Part shown: one piece after another, positions 39,135-48,747 of the stretch
Numbering within the stretch: the first letter of the stretch is position 1
How the letters are laid out: every line of letters starts with the position of its first letter
DNA from: Acholeplasmatales bacterium
GTDB lineage: Bacteria; Bacillota_I; Bacilli_A; ML615J-28; CAG-313
NCBI GenBank assembly: GCA_003539625.1
Contig: DPOU01000027.1
Span: forward strand, 53,332-117,331
Reading direction: 5' to 3'
DNA: 64,000 nucleotides
Program-made: the position numbers and the translations under genes
The notes under the pieces: model-generated
Databases searched by the model: none
Told to the model about the DNA's origin: nothing
What the model saw: the letters and a program-made list of their open reading frames with translations, nothing else

Positions 39135-41570
39135 GTGAATGATGTTAGAAACTATCAAATTTTAAAAATTAGTGGTAACAAGAATTTCAAAAGAATTATA
39201 AATGAAATTAAAAAAATCGATTATATTACCTCTGCTAGTATAGAAAATAATAAATATGTATTACATTTAGAATATTCAACTGACGTTATAAAAAATGAAG
39301 AAGATATAAAAAAACTTGAAGAAGACGTAACAAAAGCAATTCGGGAATATGAGAAAAAAGCGCAAATAATAAAAGTTGAAACAATTGAAAAATATCGTAA
39401 AGTTTTATATTTAAATGGATTAGATTGTGCCCATTGTGCAATGAGAGTTGAAACGATTGCTAAAAGAACAATTAATCACGAACAAATTATTGTAGACTTT
39501 CCAACTGGTAGATTTATCATTGAAACATATGATCCAAGCGTCTTAGAAACTTTGGTTGCGGATGTAACAAAAATCGCAAAAACAGTTGATGATAGAATAA
39601 CTGTAGCTGAAGTAGAACAAACCAAAAGACGAGACTTTGATAATGCTAAAAAGATGAAGCCTAGCCAAACAATACTGTTTATTTTAGGAATAATCTTAAC
39701 AATTATATTTTATATTATTAATCATAAATATGCTAATTTTCCTAAAATTTTATATGTTATACCATATTTAATGATAGGTTACCCAGTAGTATGGCGATTT
39801 TTAAAGAATTTATTTAAAGGTCAATTATTAGATGAAACTTTCTTGATGACTATTGCAAGTATTGGTGCTTTCCCAACTGGTCATGAAGTAGAAGCAATTG
39901 TAGTTGTTTTACTTTATCAAATTGGTGAAATTCTCCAAAATAGGGCTGTAAATCACTCTAGAAAATCAATATTAAATCTACTAAATTTTGAAGTTAAAAC
40001 CGCAAAAATAAAATTAGATTTAGAAATAACGGAAGTAAATGTTGAAAGTCTTTTACCAGGCGATATAATGATTGTTAGTAAAGGGGAAATGGTTCCAGCA
40101 GACGGAGTAATTGTTAGCGGCAAAACCAATATAGATACTAAGAATTTAACTGGTGAAAGTTTATTAAGATCTGTAGATGTAGGCGAAACTATTTTAAGTG
40201 GTAGTATAAATATGGGGCAAATGATTGAAGTAAAAGTATTGCGACCATACCGTGATTCAATGATTTCCAAAATTATGGATTTAGTAGAAAATGCCGCAAG
40301 CAACAAAGGAAAAACAGAAACTTTCATATCACAATTCGCAAGATATTTTACACCATTTATTGTTCTATTTGCTTTAATAATTGCAACATGTGGCATAATC
40401 TTAGATAGTGCTAACTGGAAAGAATGGATTTATACTGCGATGGAACTTTTGGTAATTTCTTGTCCTTGTGCCTTAGTAATATCTGTACCATTATGTTATT
40501 TTTCAACAATTGGTGTTGCAAGTCGACAAGGTATATTAGTAAAAGGTAGCAACTATATTGAAGCTTTAAGTAATGTTGAAAATATGGTGTTTGATAAAAC
40601 TGGTACACTTACTAAAGGTTTATTTTCTATTTCTAAAGTTGTCCCTGTGGCATCTGATATTACTGAAGAAGCTTTATTAAATTTAGTAATATATGCGGAA
40701 TACTATTCAACCCATCCAATTGGAATTTCAGTAGTTGATGCATATGGAAGAGAAAATATCTTTTCAGAAATTATTTCTGATTTTACAGCTGTAACAGGTG
40801 GGTCTAAAGCCACAATTAATGGTAATAAGATATTAGTTGGTAATTATAAACTTATGCATGCTAATAAAATTGAAATACCTGATGTTGAAACTAGTAACTT
40901 GGTAATACATGTTGTAAAGAACAAAATATATCAAGGATATGTAGAGATTGGCGACATCATAAAGGAAGAAGCCAAAGAAACTATTAAAAAGTTGCATAAG
41001 CAAAAAATTGAAAAATGCTATATGTTAACGGGAGACTCAAGAGCTATTGCGGAAAACGTGGCGAAAGAAATAGGTATTGATGAAACTCATTCAGAACTAT
41101 TGCCACATCAAAAAGTTGAATTTGTGGAAAAATTAAAGAAAAATTCAAAAGGGAAAACCGTATTTATTGGTGATGGTATCAATGATGCGCCAGTAATAGC
41201 AAGCGCTGATGTTGGTATTGCAATGGGTGAAGCTGGTAGTGATGCAACCATTGCGATTGCTGACATAGTTATAATGGGAGATAATCTAACTAAATTAAAT
41301 GATTTAATAACCTTATCAAAAAAATCAAAGCGAAAAGTTTTACAAAATATCATATTTTGTTTATCAATTAAAGCAATTGTTATGCTCGCCGCAATCGTGT
41401 TAGCCGCGTTCAATAGGGTTATGAACACAACATATGAGTTCCCATTATTTATTGCAATATTTGCCGATGTAGGTGTTTCATTAATTGCAATACTTAATTC
41501 ATTATTGCTTTTACGTAGTAAAAAGAGTAAAGAAATGTTTAATAAAAAAGGTGAAATAAAAAATGAATAA
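39135..41570 (+). CDS. P1B-2-type (Zn/Cd/Pb-like) heavy-metal-translocating P-type ATPase with one degenerate and one CxxC HMA domain
   Basis: HMA motif GLDCAHCAMRVE, TM CPC motif SCPCALVISVPL, DKTGTLT, GDGINDAP, and a TM8 DVG. GTG start 8 nt after a GGAGG RBS. The stop overlaps the rimM start. Confidence 0.85.
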   Translation: MNDVRNYQILKISGNKNFKRIINEIKKIDYITSASIENNKYVLHLEYSTDVIKNEEDIKKLEEDVTKAIREYEKKAQIIKVETIEKYRKVLYLNGLDCAHCAMRVETIAKRTINHEQIIVDFPTGRFIIETYDPSVLETLVADVTKIAKTVDDRITVAEVEQTKRRDFDNAKKMKPSQTILFILGIILTIIFYIINHKYANFPKILYVIPYLMIGYPVVWRFLKNLFKGQLLDETFLMTIASIGAFPTGHEVEAIVVVLLYQIGEILQNRAVNHSRKSILNLLNFEVKTAKIKLDLEITEVNVESLLPGDIMIVSKGEMVPADGVIVSGKTNIDTKNLTGESLLRSVDVGETILSGSINMGQMIEVKVLRPYRDSMISKIMDLVENAASNKGKTETFISQFARYFTPFIVLFALIIATCGIILDSANWKEWIYTAMELLVISCPCALVISVPLCYFSTIGVASRQGILVKGSNYIEALSNVENMVFDKTGTLTKGLFSISKVVPVASDITEEALLNLVIYAEYYSTHPIGISVVDAYGRENIFSEIISDFTAVTGGSKATINGNKILVGNYKLMHANKIEIPDVETSNLVIHVVKNKIYQGYVEIGDIIKEEAKETIKKLHKQKIEKCYMLTGDSRAIAENVAKEIGIDETHSELLPHQKVEFVEKLKKNSKGKTVFIGDGINDAPVIASADVGIAMGEAGSDATIAIADIVIMGDNLTKLNDLITLSKKSKRKVLQNIIFCLSIKAIVMLAAIVLAAFNRVMNTTYEFPLFIAIFADVGVSLIAILNSLLLLRSKKSKEMFNKKGEIKNE

Positions 41571-42069
41571 GCAAGAATTAATCTATATTGGAGAAATAAT
41601 TGGTACTTTTGGTATTAAAGGAGAATTAAAGGTATTTTCTGAAAGTGATTTTATCGACTATCGCTTTAGAAAAGGAGCTTTAGTAAAAATCGTTTCCAAA
41701 AAAGAAAAATTAGAAGTTGAAATAACTTCCATGCGTATTCATAAAAATAATGTATTAATTACGATTAATAATTGGAATGATATTAATTTGGTAGAAAAAT
41801 ATGTTGGTTCAAAAGTTTATGCTGATGCTGCAGATGAACCACCTCTCTTAGAAGAAGAATATGAGGCTGATGCGCTTATTGGCCTAGAAGTATTAGATGA
41901 AAACAACAATAATATTGGAGTTGTTAAAGATTTCATTGAAGTACCTCAAGGTTATATTATGGAGATTGATGATGGCAAACTAGGAATATTAATTCCATTC
42001 GTTGACGAATTTATTATTGATGTTAACGATGAAAACATTGTTGTAAAGGTGCTAGAAAAATGTCAGTAA
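41563..42069 (+). CDS. rimM: Ribosome maturation factor RimM
   Basis: ..IYIGEIIGTFGIKGELKV.. with PRC barrel. 168 aa. Confidence 0.85.
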   Translation: MNKQELIYIGEIIGTFGIKGELKVFSESDFIDYRFRKGALVKIVSKKEKLEVEITSMRIHKNNVLITINNWNDINLVEKYVGSKVYADAADEPPLLEEEYEADALIGLEVLDENNNNIGVVKDFIEVPQGYIMEIDDGKLGILIPFVDEFIIDVNDENIVVKVLEKCQ

Positions 42070-42791
42070 GATTTGATATATTAACGCTTTTTCCAGAAAT
42101 GATTGAAGGTATGCTAAATCAATCTATTTTAAAAAGAGCAATAGAAAAAAAGATAATTGAAGTAAACATAATTAATTTTAGAGATTTTTCAACCAATAAA
42201 CATTCAACAGTTGATGACTATGCATATGGTGGTGGAGCTGGTATGTTAATAAGTGTTGAGCCTATTCATCTAGCAATGAAAACTATTCCCAATATAGACA
42301 AAGCATACAAGATTTTAACATCACCAAGTGGCAATGTATATAATCAAAACAAGGCTGAAAAACTATCAAAACTTGATCATATTGTAATTGTTTGTGGTCA
42401 CTATGAAGGTATTGATAATAGAATTCTAGATTATATTGATGAAGAAATTTCCATTGGCGATTATGTACTAACTGGAGGAGAAATCCCTGCTTGTGCAATT
42501 ATTGATTCTATCGCTAGATTAGTTCCCGGTGTAATAAGTGATGAATCAATTGTTGGCGAATCGTTTACTATGGGGTTATTAGAATATCCACAGTATACAA
42601 GACCATATGAATATGATGGAAAAAAGGTGCCTGACGTGCTTGTTTCTGGTCATCATGCCAATATAAAAAAATGGCAAAGATACCAATCTTTGAAGAAAAC
42701 CTATGAGGTTAGACCAGAATTATTAGGAAATATTGCTTTAACAAATGAAGACATAAAAATGTTAGAGGAAATAAAAAATGAAAAAAATTAA
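42060..42791 (+). CDS. trmD: tRNA (guanine37-N1)-methyltransferase TrmD
   Basis: MSVRFDILTLFPEM.. SPOUT fold. 243 aa. Confidence 0.9.
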   Translation: MSVRFDILTLFPEMIEGMLNQSILKRAIEKKIIEVNIINFRDFSTNKHSTVDDYAYGGGAGMLISVEPIHLAMKTIPNIDKAYKILTSPSGNVYNQNKAEKLSKLDHIVIVCGHYEGIDNRILDYIDEEISIGDYVLTGGEIPACAIIDSIARLVPGVISDESIVGESFTMGLLEYPQYTRPYEYDGKKVPDVLVSGHHANIKKWQRYQSLKKTYEVRPELLGNIALTNEDIKMLEEIKNEKN

Positions 42792-43227
42792 CTTATTTCT
42801 GCTAACTGGCATTGTCTTTCTTAGTTCATGTGTTGTAAAAAAAATAAAGGTTTATGAAGAAAACCAAGCGATTAAATTCTTAGATGAAACCCAAAAATAC
42901 ACATCAACTACTAGAGATGATTATGTACTACTTGATTTAAGAGATTTAAATAATTCATTCGCAAAAGAACATTTTGTAGGTTTTATCAATTATGATATTA
43001 ATAATGGCTCTTTCGAAGAACTAATGCAAAAGTTAATTATTGCGAATAAACAAGATACTATTTTTATTATTGATGAAAAGGGTAAAGACGTTATAAAGGT
43101 TGCAGAATACTTAAAAAAATGTGGATATAAAAAAATAATTATATATCTAGGTGGATACGAAAATCTACGAAAGAATAACTCCAATTACTTTACTACTAGA
43201 AGTGGTATTGAAGATTGTGACTGTTAG
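42778..43227 (+). CDS. Lipoprotein with a rhodanese-like domain lacking the catalytic Cys (likely inactive)
   Basis: Lipobox LSSC. Rhodanese fold pattern VLLDLRD..EHFVGFINYD..IFIIDEKGKD..IIIYLGGY, with Asp at the active-site Cys position. Confidence 0.5.
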   Translation: MKKINLFLLTGIVFLSSCVVKKIKVYEENQAIKFLDETQKYTSTTRDDYVLLDLRDLNNSFAKEHFVGFINYDINNGSFEELMQKLIIANKQDTIFIIDEKGKDVIKVAEYLKKCGYKKIIIYLGGYENLRKNNSNYFTTRSGIEDCDC

Positions 43228-43233
43228 AAAGGA

Positions 43234-46200
43234 ATGGAAATGAAAAAAATAATTAGATGTTGTTTATTTTTACTAATAACAATAGCATTGTTTGGTTGTG
43301 TAACAACTGAAAAAAAAGTTAGTAAAATAAGCTATTATGTTGAAGGCAGTGTCAATATTACTTTGTCACCAAATACTTATGAAGAAGGAAAGGGATTAGT
43401 ATTACCAATTCCAAACTTGAAAAGTTACGAAATCTTTGATGGTTGGTATGAAGATAGGACATACAAAGGCGATAAAGTAACGAAAATCACTAAGGAAGAC
43501 ACAGGTGATAAAGTTTATTACGGAAGAATATTATCAAAGCTTAATGCAGACATTGATTTTAATAAAAATAATTATCGTTACACAATTTCTTCAAAATCTA
43601 ATGGAGAAGTAACGAGTACTACATACAGTTACAATCAAGGAAATATTGCGGTAGAAATAGCTGATGAAACACAATATTTAGCTAAAGTAAATAATCAATA
43701 TCGTTATATTTTTAAGCAAAATAATAGTTGGTACTATATTCCTGAAACTACTGAAGGTTTTGAATACTACATTGCATATTTTGAAATTTTAAAATTAAAT
43801 AGTTTAAGTAACGAAAAATTTAATCTTAATGAAGATGGATATTATGAACCTCAAGAAGAAAACTTACAAACTGTCTGTAAAGCCTTTGTTGGAGATTATG
43901 AAGATGAAGTTTTTAGTGAATGCAAAGTATATGTTGAATCAAATTTAATAACTAAAGTAACACTTAAATCAATTTATACTTACAATAATGAAAGCCATGA
44001 TTATGAATATGAGGTTACAATCTCTGATTATGATAAAGCGAGTTTTAACATACCTAGTGCAAAACTATACGAAGATGAAAGTAAAACAACCATCGGCGAT
44101 GTGTATAAATTAGCAGATGGTACTACTGATGTTACAGTTAGTGGTGTTATCACTGGTATTTATGGTAATAACTTTTATATTAGTGATGGTCAAAATGGCT
44201 TATTAGTATATTGTGGAAATAATACTTCATTTGCTTCACAAATAATTTTGGGTAATATTGTTACAGTAACAGGTACAGTACAAATATATAAAACAATTCA
44301 TCAATTATCTAATATTGAAAACGTTGAAACTTCAAGTGACGAATATCAATTAAATGAAATAGTATTGACTAGTTTATCACAAGATAATTTAAAAAACTAT
44401 ATTAGTCAACCTGTTAATGTATACAATGCAACAATAAAAACATTACCAACAAGTTATCCAACAACTGACTCTGATGTGTCATTTAAAATAGCAGTAAATA
44501 ATGTAGAATCAATTGTATTTATTTCTAAACACTTAGATCAAGCAAGTAAAGAAAAAATATTTAGTATCCTTAAAAATGCAATTGTTGGTGATACTATTGA
44601 TTTAACTGGTTTACATGTAAGTTACTATAATCAATATCAACTTGCAATAACAAATGCGGCAAACATTGAAGATTCTTATCATCAAGGTGATCCAGTAGTT
44701 ATAAAATATTTAAGCGTTGAACCAAGTCAATTAATCATCGCTTGTGGTACACAATTAGATGATGCTCTTAAAGAAAATAAGGTAAAAGTAATTGCAACTT
44801 ATAATAATAAAGACACAAAACAATTAGCATATGGTGAATATCAAGTTAGTGGCTCAATTGATACTAATACAGTAGGAAGTTATACTATTACAATTAGTTA
44901 CAACGGAGTTAAAACTACATTAACTGTTGTTGTTAATGCGGCAGCTAGAGATACTTTTAAAGCTAATGTTGATCATTGCTTATTAGAAGATGTTTTAGAC
45001 AAAATGGGATATGATGAAGAAACTGGTGAAATTTTAGGTATTACAAAAGGTTTGCCATCAATTGGCGATCCAAATGTTTTAGTAATTCCAGTTGAATTTA
45101 CCGATTGCAAAGCTCCGTCATCAATGGTAGAAGATTTAAAAACAGCATTCTTTGGAACATCTGAACAAACTGGATGGGAAAGTTTATCAAGTTATTATCA
45201 AAAATCATCTTATGGCAAATTAAATATTAAAGGCGATGTAATGAAACCATTTAATACAGGCAAAACAGTAAGCTATTATGAAAAATTACAAAAAGAGTTT
45301 AATAAAGCATTAGAAAACTATACAAAAGGTTTAACTGATGTTTATCCTGATAATGTTGAATATTCTATTATTAAAGAAGCTTTAGCATACTATGATGGTG
45401 AAATTGACTATTCAAAATATGATACTAATAACGATGGATATATTGATTCTATTTACTTGGTATATACAACTGATTATAATGCGGAAGACAGTGACAGCTT
45501 ATGGTGGGCATTTACAACTGAATACTTTTCAAGTGAAGAACAAAAATATGATAATGTTGAAGCTGATTTCTACATTTTTATGAGTTATCGATTCCTATTT
45601 GATGAATTACAAGGTAAAACAGTTAAATATAATGCTGAAACAATAATTCATGAAACAGGTCATTTACTAGGATTAAATGATTACTATGATTATGACGATA
45701 CAACAGGTCCAAGCGGTGGTATTGGCGGTGGCGATATGATGGATTGTAACGTTGGTGATCACAATGCCTATAGTAAACTTATGTTAGGTTGGGTTAGTCC
45801 AACAGTAGTAAGTGGTAAAACAACAACAATTACACTAGATAGTTTTGCTACAAGTGGTGACTGTGTTGTTATTAGTAAAGGATGGAATGGTACCTTCTTT
45901 GATGAATATTACATTATTGATTTCTACACTCCAACTGGACTAAATGAATTTGGTGCAGGTAATAGCGGATTATTCAGTACATCTGGCATTCGCATTTATC
46001 ATGTTGACTCAACATTAAAAGATCCTAAAGATTGTTTCTCTATATTAGACATTACATTGTATGATAATTCATACACTGATCACAGGCAAATAAAATTAAT
46101 AGAAGCAGATGGTAGAAACGATGTTGATATAAAAGGATATAGTGAAAATTCTGATTTATTCCAAAAAGGTAGTACATATAAAAATTCAATATGGTATGAT

Positions 46201-46275
46201 GGAACAAGTACAGGATTTACTATTACAGTAGATCAAATAACTTCTACAAGTGCCACAATTACAATTACATATTAA
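43234..46275 (+). CDS. Large lipoprotein (1013 aa) with a Listeria-Bacteroides-type repeat, an OB-fold-like region, an Ig-like domain and an InhA/M6-like zinc metalloprotease domain
   Basis: Lipobox LFGC. YEIFDGWYEDRTY (Flg_new-like). HETGHLLGLNDYYD is an HExxH..GL.D.Y M6-type motif. Confidence 0.55.
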   Translation: MEMKKIIRCCLFLLITIALFGCVTTEKKVSKISYYVEGSVNITLSPNTYEEGKGLVLPIPNLKSYEIFDGWYEDRTYKGDKVTKITKEDTGDKVYYGRILSKLNADIDFNKNNYRYTISSKSNGEVTSTTYSYNQGNIAVEIADETQYLAKVNNQYRYIFKQNNSWYYIPETTEGFEYYIAYFEILKLNSLSNEKFNLNEDGYYEPQEENLQTVCKAFVGDYEDEVFSECKVYVESNLITKVTLKSIYTYNNESHDYEYEVTISDYDKASFNIPSAKLYEDESKTTIGDVYKLADGTTDVTVSGVITGIYGNNFYISDGQNGLLVYCGNNTSFASQIILGNIVTVTGTVQIYKTIHQLSNIENVETSSDEYQLNEIVLTSLSQDNLKNYISQPVNVYNATIKTLPTSYPTTDSDVSFKIAVNNVESIVFISKHLDQASKEKIFSILKNAIVGDTIDLTGLHVSYYNQYQLAITNAANIEDSYHQGDPVVIKYLSVEPSQLIIACGTQLDDALKENKVKVIATYNNKDTKQLAYGEYQVSGSIDTNTVGSYTITISYNGVKTTLTVVVNAAARDTFKANVDHCLLEDVLDKMGYDEETGEILGITKGLPSIGDPNVLVIPVEFTDCKAPSSMVEDLKTAFFGTSEQTGWESLSSYYQKSSYGKLNIKGDVMKPFNTGKTVSYYEKLQKEFNKALENYTKGLTDVYPDNVEYSIIKEALAYYDGEIDYSKYDTNNDGYIDSIYLVYTTDYNAEDSDSLWWAFTTEYFSSEEQKYDNVEADFYIFMSYRFLFDELQGKTVKYNAETIIHETGHLLGLNDYYDYDDTTGPSGGIGGGDMMDCNVGDHNAYSKLMLGWVSPTVVSGKTTTITLDSFATSGDCVVISKGWNGTFFDEYYIIDFYTPTGLNEFGAGNSGLFSTSGIRIYHVDSTLKDPKDCFSILDITLYDNSYTDHRQIKLIEADGRNDVDIKGYSENSDLFQKGSTYKNSIWYDGTSTGFTITVDQITSTSATITITY

Positions 46276-46315
46276 AAAAGAGATTCTATAAGCAAATAAG
46301 CTTATAGAATCTTTT

Positions 46316-47176
46316 CTATTTTTTTACCAATTCTATTTTTTCATCAAAGATTAAAATTTTCTTTTCTTTGTATAATGCACCAACTGCACGTTTAAATGCG
46401 CTCTTACTCATATTAAAATGACGGCTTATTTCTTCAGGGGTTGAAGAATTGCCTAAAGGAATAACTCCTCCCATAGTTTCTAATTCATTCAATATAATGG
46501 ATGCATCATCTAATCTTGTCTTTTCTTTTTGTTCAATCATACTACCATTCGCATCGTTGTGTTCGTTAATATGAATAATCTTAACACTGACAATTTCACC
46601 TAAATGATATTTACGTCTTGTCATACTTTTATGAATATAGATATACTGATAACTATCGGTGAAAAGCCCTAATCCTGTTGAAGTTAGTCTACAAACAGTA
46701 GCTTCAACTTTATCGCCAATGCAAAGAAGAGAAGGCTTGCTTTTTAAATCTTCTTTGTTAATAATTCTTGCAACTAATTGATCGTGTTTTACTTTAAGTA
46801 TACAAGGGACTTTGTCACCTACTTTAGGCCAAGCAAGTTTGTTGGTTGGTAAGTAATCGTTAGAAAGAAGAATATCTTTAGCAACGCCAATATTGACAAA
46901 TACCCCCACATCACAAGTATTTACTACTTCAACAAAGTCATATTTGGTTGCGGTGATAATTGGTGTTTCCATAGTAGCACAAAGTCGTTTTTTATTATCG
47001 TAATATAAAAAAGCATCAATAATCTCACCAATTTTTAAACGTCTAATAGATTGGTTAAAATGTAAGAATACAAAAGTAGTTTCATCATTACCATATGGCG
47101 CAAGAGTATAACTGATGTCTGTTTCACGCTTTACAATGAATTTACCTATTTCGCCAATTTTTAGCATATTAGTCAC
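46316..47176 (-). CDS. cvfB: CvfB/YitL family S1-domain RNA-binding protein
   Basis: Tandem S1-like segments plus a C-terminal winged-helix region. 286 aa. Confidence 0.6.
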   Translation of the reverse strand: MTNMLKIGEIGKFIVKRETDISYTLAPYGNDETTFVFLHFNQSIRRLKIGEIIDAFLYYDNKKRLCATMETPIITATKYDFVEVVNTCDVGVFVNIGVAKDILLSNDYLPTNKLAWPKVGDKVPCILKVKHDQLVARIINKEDLKSKPSLLCIGDKVEATVCRLTSTGLGLFTDSYQYIYIHKSMTRRKYHLGEIVSVKIIHINEHNDANGSMIEQKEKTRLDDASIILNELETMGGVIPLGNSSTPEEISRHFNMSKSAFKRAVGALYKEKKILIFDEKIELVKK

Positions 47177-47332
47177 CTTCCTAAGTACAATTATTATAGC
47201 ACAAAATTAAATAAAAATATATCTTTTTACATAATTGAAAATAAAAAAATGAAAAAATTCATGAAAACGTTATTTAGAACTTTACAAAAATACCAAAAAT
47301 TAGTATAATATAACTGAAGAAAGGATAAATAT

Positions 47333-48094
47333 ATGAAAAATTTAAATAGTTATATTAGAAGATTAGAAAAAGGTATGGAAGATAAATTATTTTTCTTACC
47401 ACATTTAGATATGAACGAATATGATGTTATCGTTGAATTCGGTTGTGCCAATGGTCGCTTATTGCGTCGTATTCAACCTGTTGTTGATCGTACTATAACA
47501 ACACTAGTAGGATTTGATAAAAATGAAGATATCCTTGAAATAGCACGAAACATTTCACCTGAAATGGTTTTTACATCAAATTGGGAAGATGTTGAAAAAA
47601 TACTTGCAAAAAAACAAAAGAAGAGTTTAATAATTTTTAGTAGTGTATGGCATGAAATAGGAAGAGAAAACTACGAAAAAATATTTAAAGAAATGAAAGA
47701 ATTCGATGCTATAGTTATAAGAGATATGAAATCACCAATTCAAGGTGCAGAACCAATTGATGCCCCTACAAGAACAAGAATAGCTAAACATGTTCCAAAG
47801 TGGCAATTTGAAGAATTTGAAAACAAATGGGGTAGAATTGATAATAAAGAAAATTTATACCGTTTCTTATTAATGTATACATATCTTGATAACTGGGATG
47901 AAGAAATGAAAGAAGATTATTTCTCTACACCATGGGCTGAAATTGATTGGGCATTAGAAGATGAATATGATAAAATCTATGTTAATTCATATACACTAGA
48001 ATCAAAGAAAAATGAAATTGAGCGTATATTCAATCACTCAATGAAAGATATTACTCATCATCAAGTAATCTACGTTAGAAAAACCGATAAATAA
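47333..48094 (+). CDS. Hypothetical protein, possible class I SAM-dependent methyltransferase fold
   Basis: VIVEFGCANGRLL (motif I-like), GFDKNEDI (acidic end of beta2), IIFSSVWHEI (motif II-like). Confidence 0.35.
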   Translation: MKNLNSYIRRLEKGMEDKLFFLPHLDMNEYDVIVEFGCANGRLLRRIQPVVDRTITTLVGFDKNEDILEIARNISPEMVFTSNWEDVEKILAKKQKKSLIIFSSVWHEIGRENYEKIFKEMKEFDAIVIRDMKSPIQGAEPIDAPTRTRIAKHVPKWQFEEFENKWGRIDNKENLYRFLLMYTYLDNWDEEMKEDYFSTPWAEIDWALEDEYDKIYVNSYTLESKKNEIERIFNHSMKDITHHQVIYVRKTDK

Positions 48095-48116
48095 ATTCCT
48101 AATTACTTGCGATAAT

Positions 48117-48145
48117 TTCTAAAATATGGTATAATATCAAATGGT
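48117..48145 (+). promoter_or_regulatory. Sigma-A-type promoter for rplS
   Basis: TTGCGA, 17-nt spacer, TATAAT. Confidence 0.55.
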
Positions 48146-48249
48146 GTGGGCTTACGCCACATCAATGCACGATATTCCGCTGATATAACATACTATTAAA
48201 ATAGTTGGTAATTTATATGTATGAATGTTGAAAGATAAGGAGAGATATT
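48146..48249 (+). promoter_or_regulatory. Candidate rplS (L19) autoregulatory leader
   Basis: About 100-nt 5' UTR with a hairpin (gtgtgggcttacgccacat) between the promoter and the RBS. An L19 leader RNA is known in Bacilli. Not confirmed by covariance here. Confidence 0.3.
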
Positions 48250-48600
48250 ATGAGTCAACAATTAATTAACGCAGTAACAAAGAACTACATGAAAAATGAT
48301 GTTCCTGAATTCCGCGCTGGTGACACAGTTAGAGTACACGTAAGAATCAAAGAAGGCGAAAAAGAAAGAATCCAAATTTTTGAAGGTTTAGTAATTTATC
48401 GCTATGGTGGAGGTATAAGCGCAACATTTACAGTTCGTAAAATATCTTCTGGTGTAGGAGTAGAAAAAATCTTCCCAGTTCATTCACCAATGATTGCAAA
48501 AATTGAAGTAGTACGTCTTGGTAAAGTACGTAGAGCTAAATTAAGTTATATTCGTTCTCTTTCTGCAAAAGCAGCTCGTATTAAAGAACGTCGCGCTTAG
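48250..48600 (+). CDS. rplS: 50S ribosomal protein L19
   Basis: Canonical L19, 116 aa, with AAGGAG RBS. Confidence 0.95.
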   Translation: MSQQLINAVTKNYMKNDVPEFRAGDTVRVHVRIKEGEKERIQIFEGLVIYRYGGGISATFTVRKISSGVGVEKIFPVHSPMIAKIEVVRLGKVRRAKLSYIRSLSAKAARIKERRA

Positions 48601-48625
48601 TTTTCATTTTATGAATTTAACTAAA

Positions 48626-48662
48626 ATAAGAACTCACTGTTTAGTGGGTTCTTATTATTTAT
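48626..48662 (+). terminator. Rho-independent terminator after rplS
   Basis: aataagaac tcact gttt agtg g gttcttatt followed by atttattt. Confidence 0.7.
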
Positions 48663-48708
48663 TTGATAGAAAATAATTAGTATTAATACTTATAAAAATT
48701 TTGTCACT

Positions 48709-48737
48709 TTGCATAGACTTTTGTCATAGATTATAAT
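48709..48737 (+). promoter_or_regulatory. Sigma-A-type promoter for the Mur ligase gene
   Basis: TTGCAT, 17-nt spacer, TATAAT. Overlaps a direct repeat ttttgtca(n14)ttttgtca. Confidence 0.5.
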
Positions 48738-48747
48738 AGGTGGTAAA

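Noticed and set aside
39953-40608. Minus-strand ORFs of 147 and 65 aa
   Set aside because: They are antisense to the P-type ATPase coding region, with no RBS and no family resemblance.
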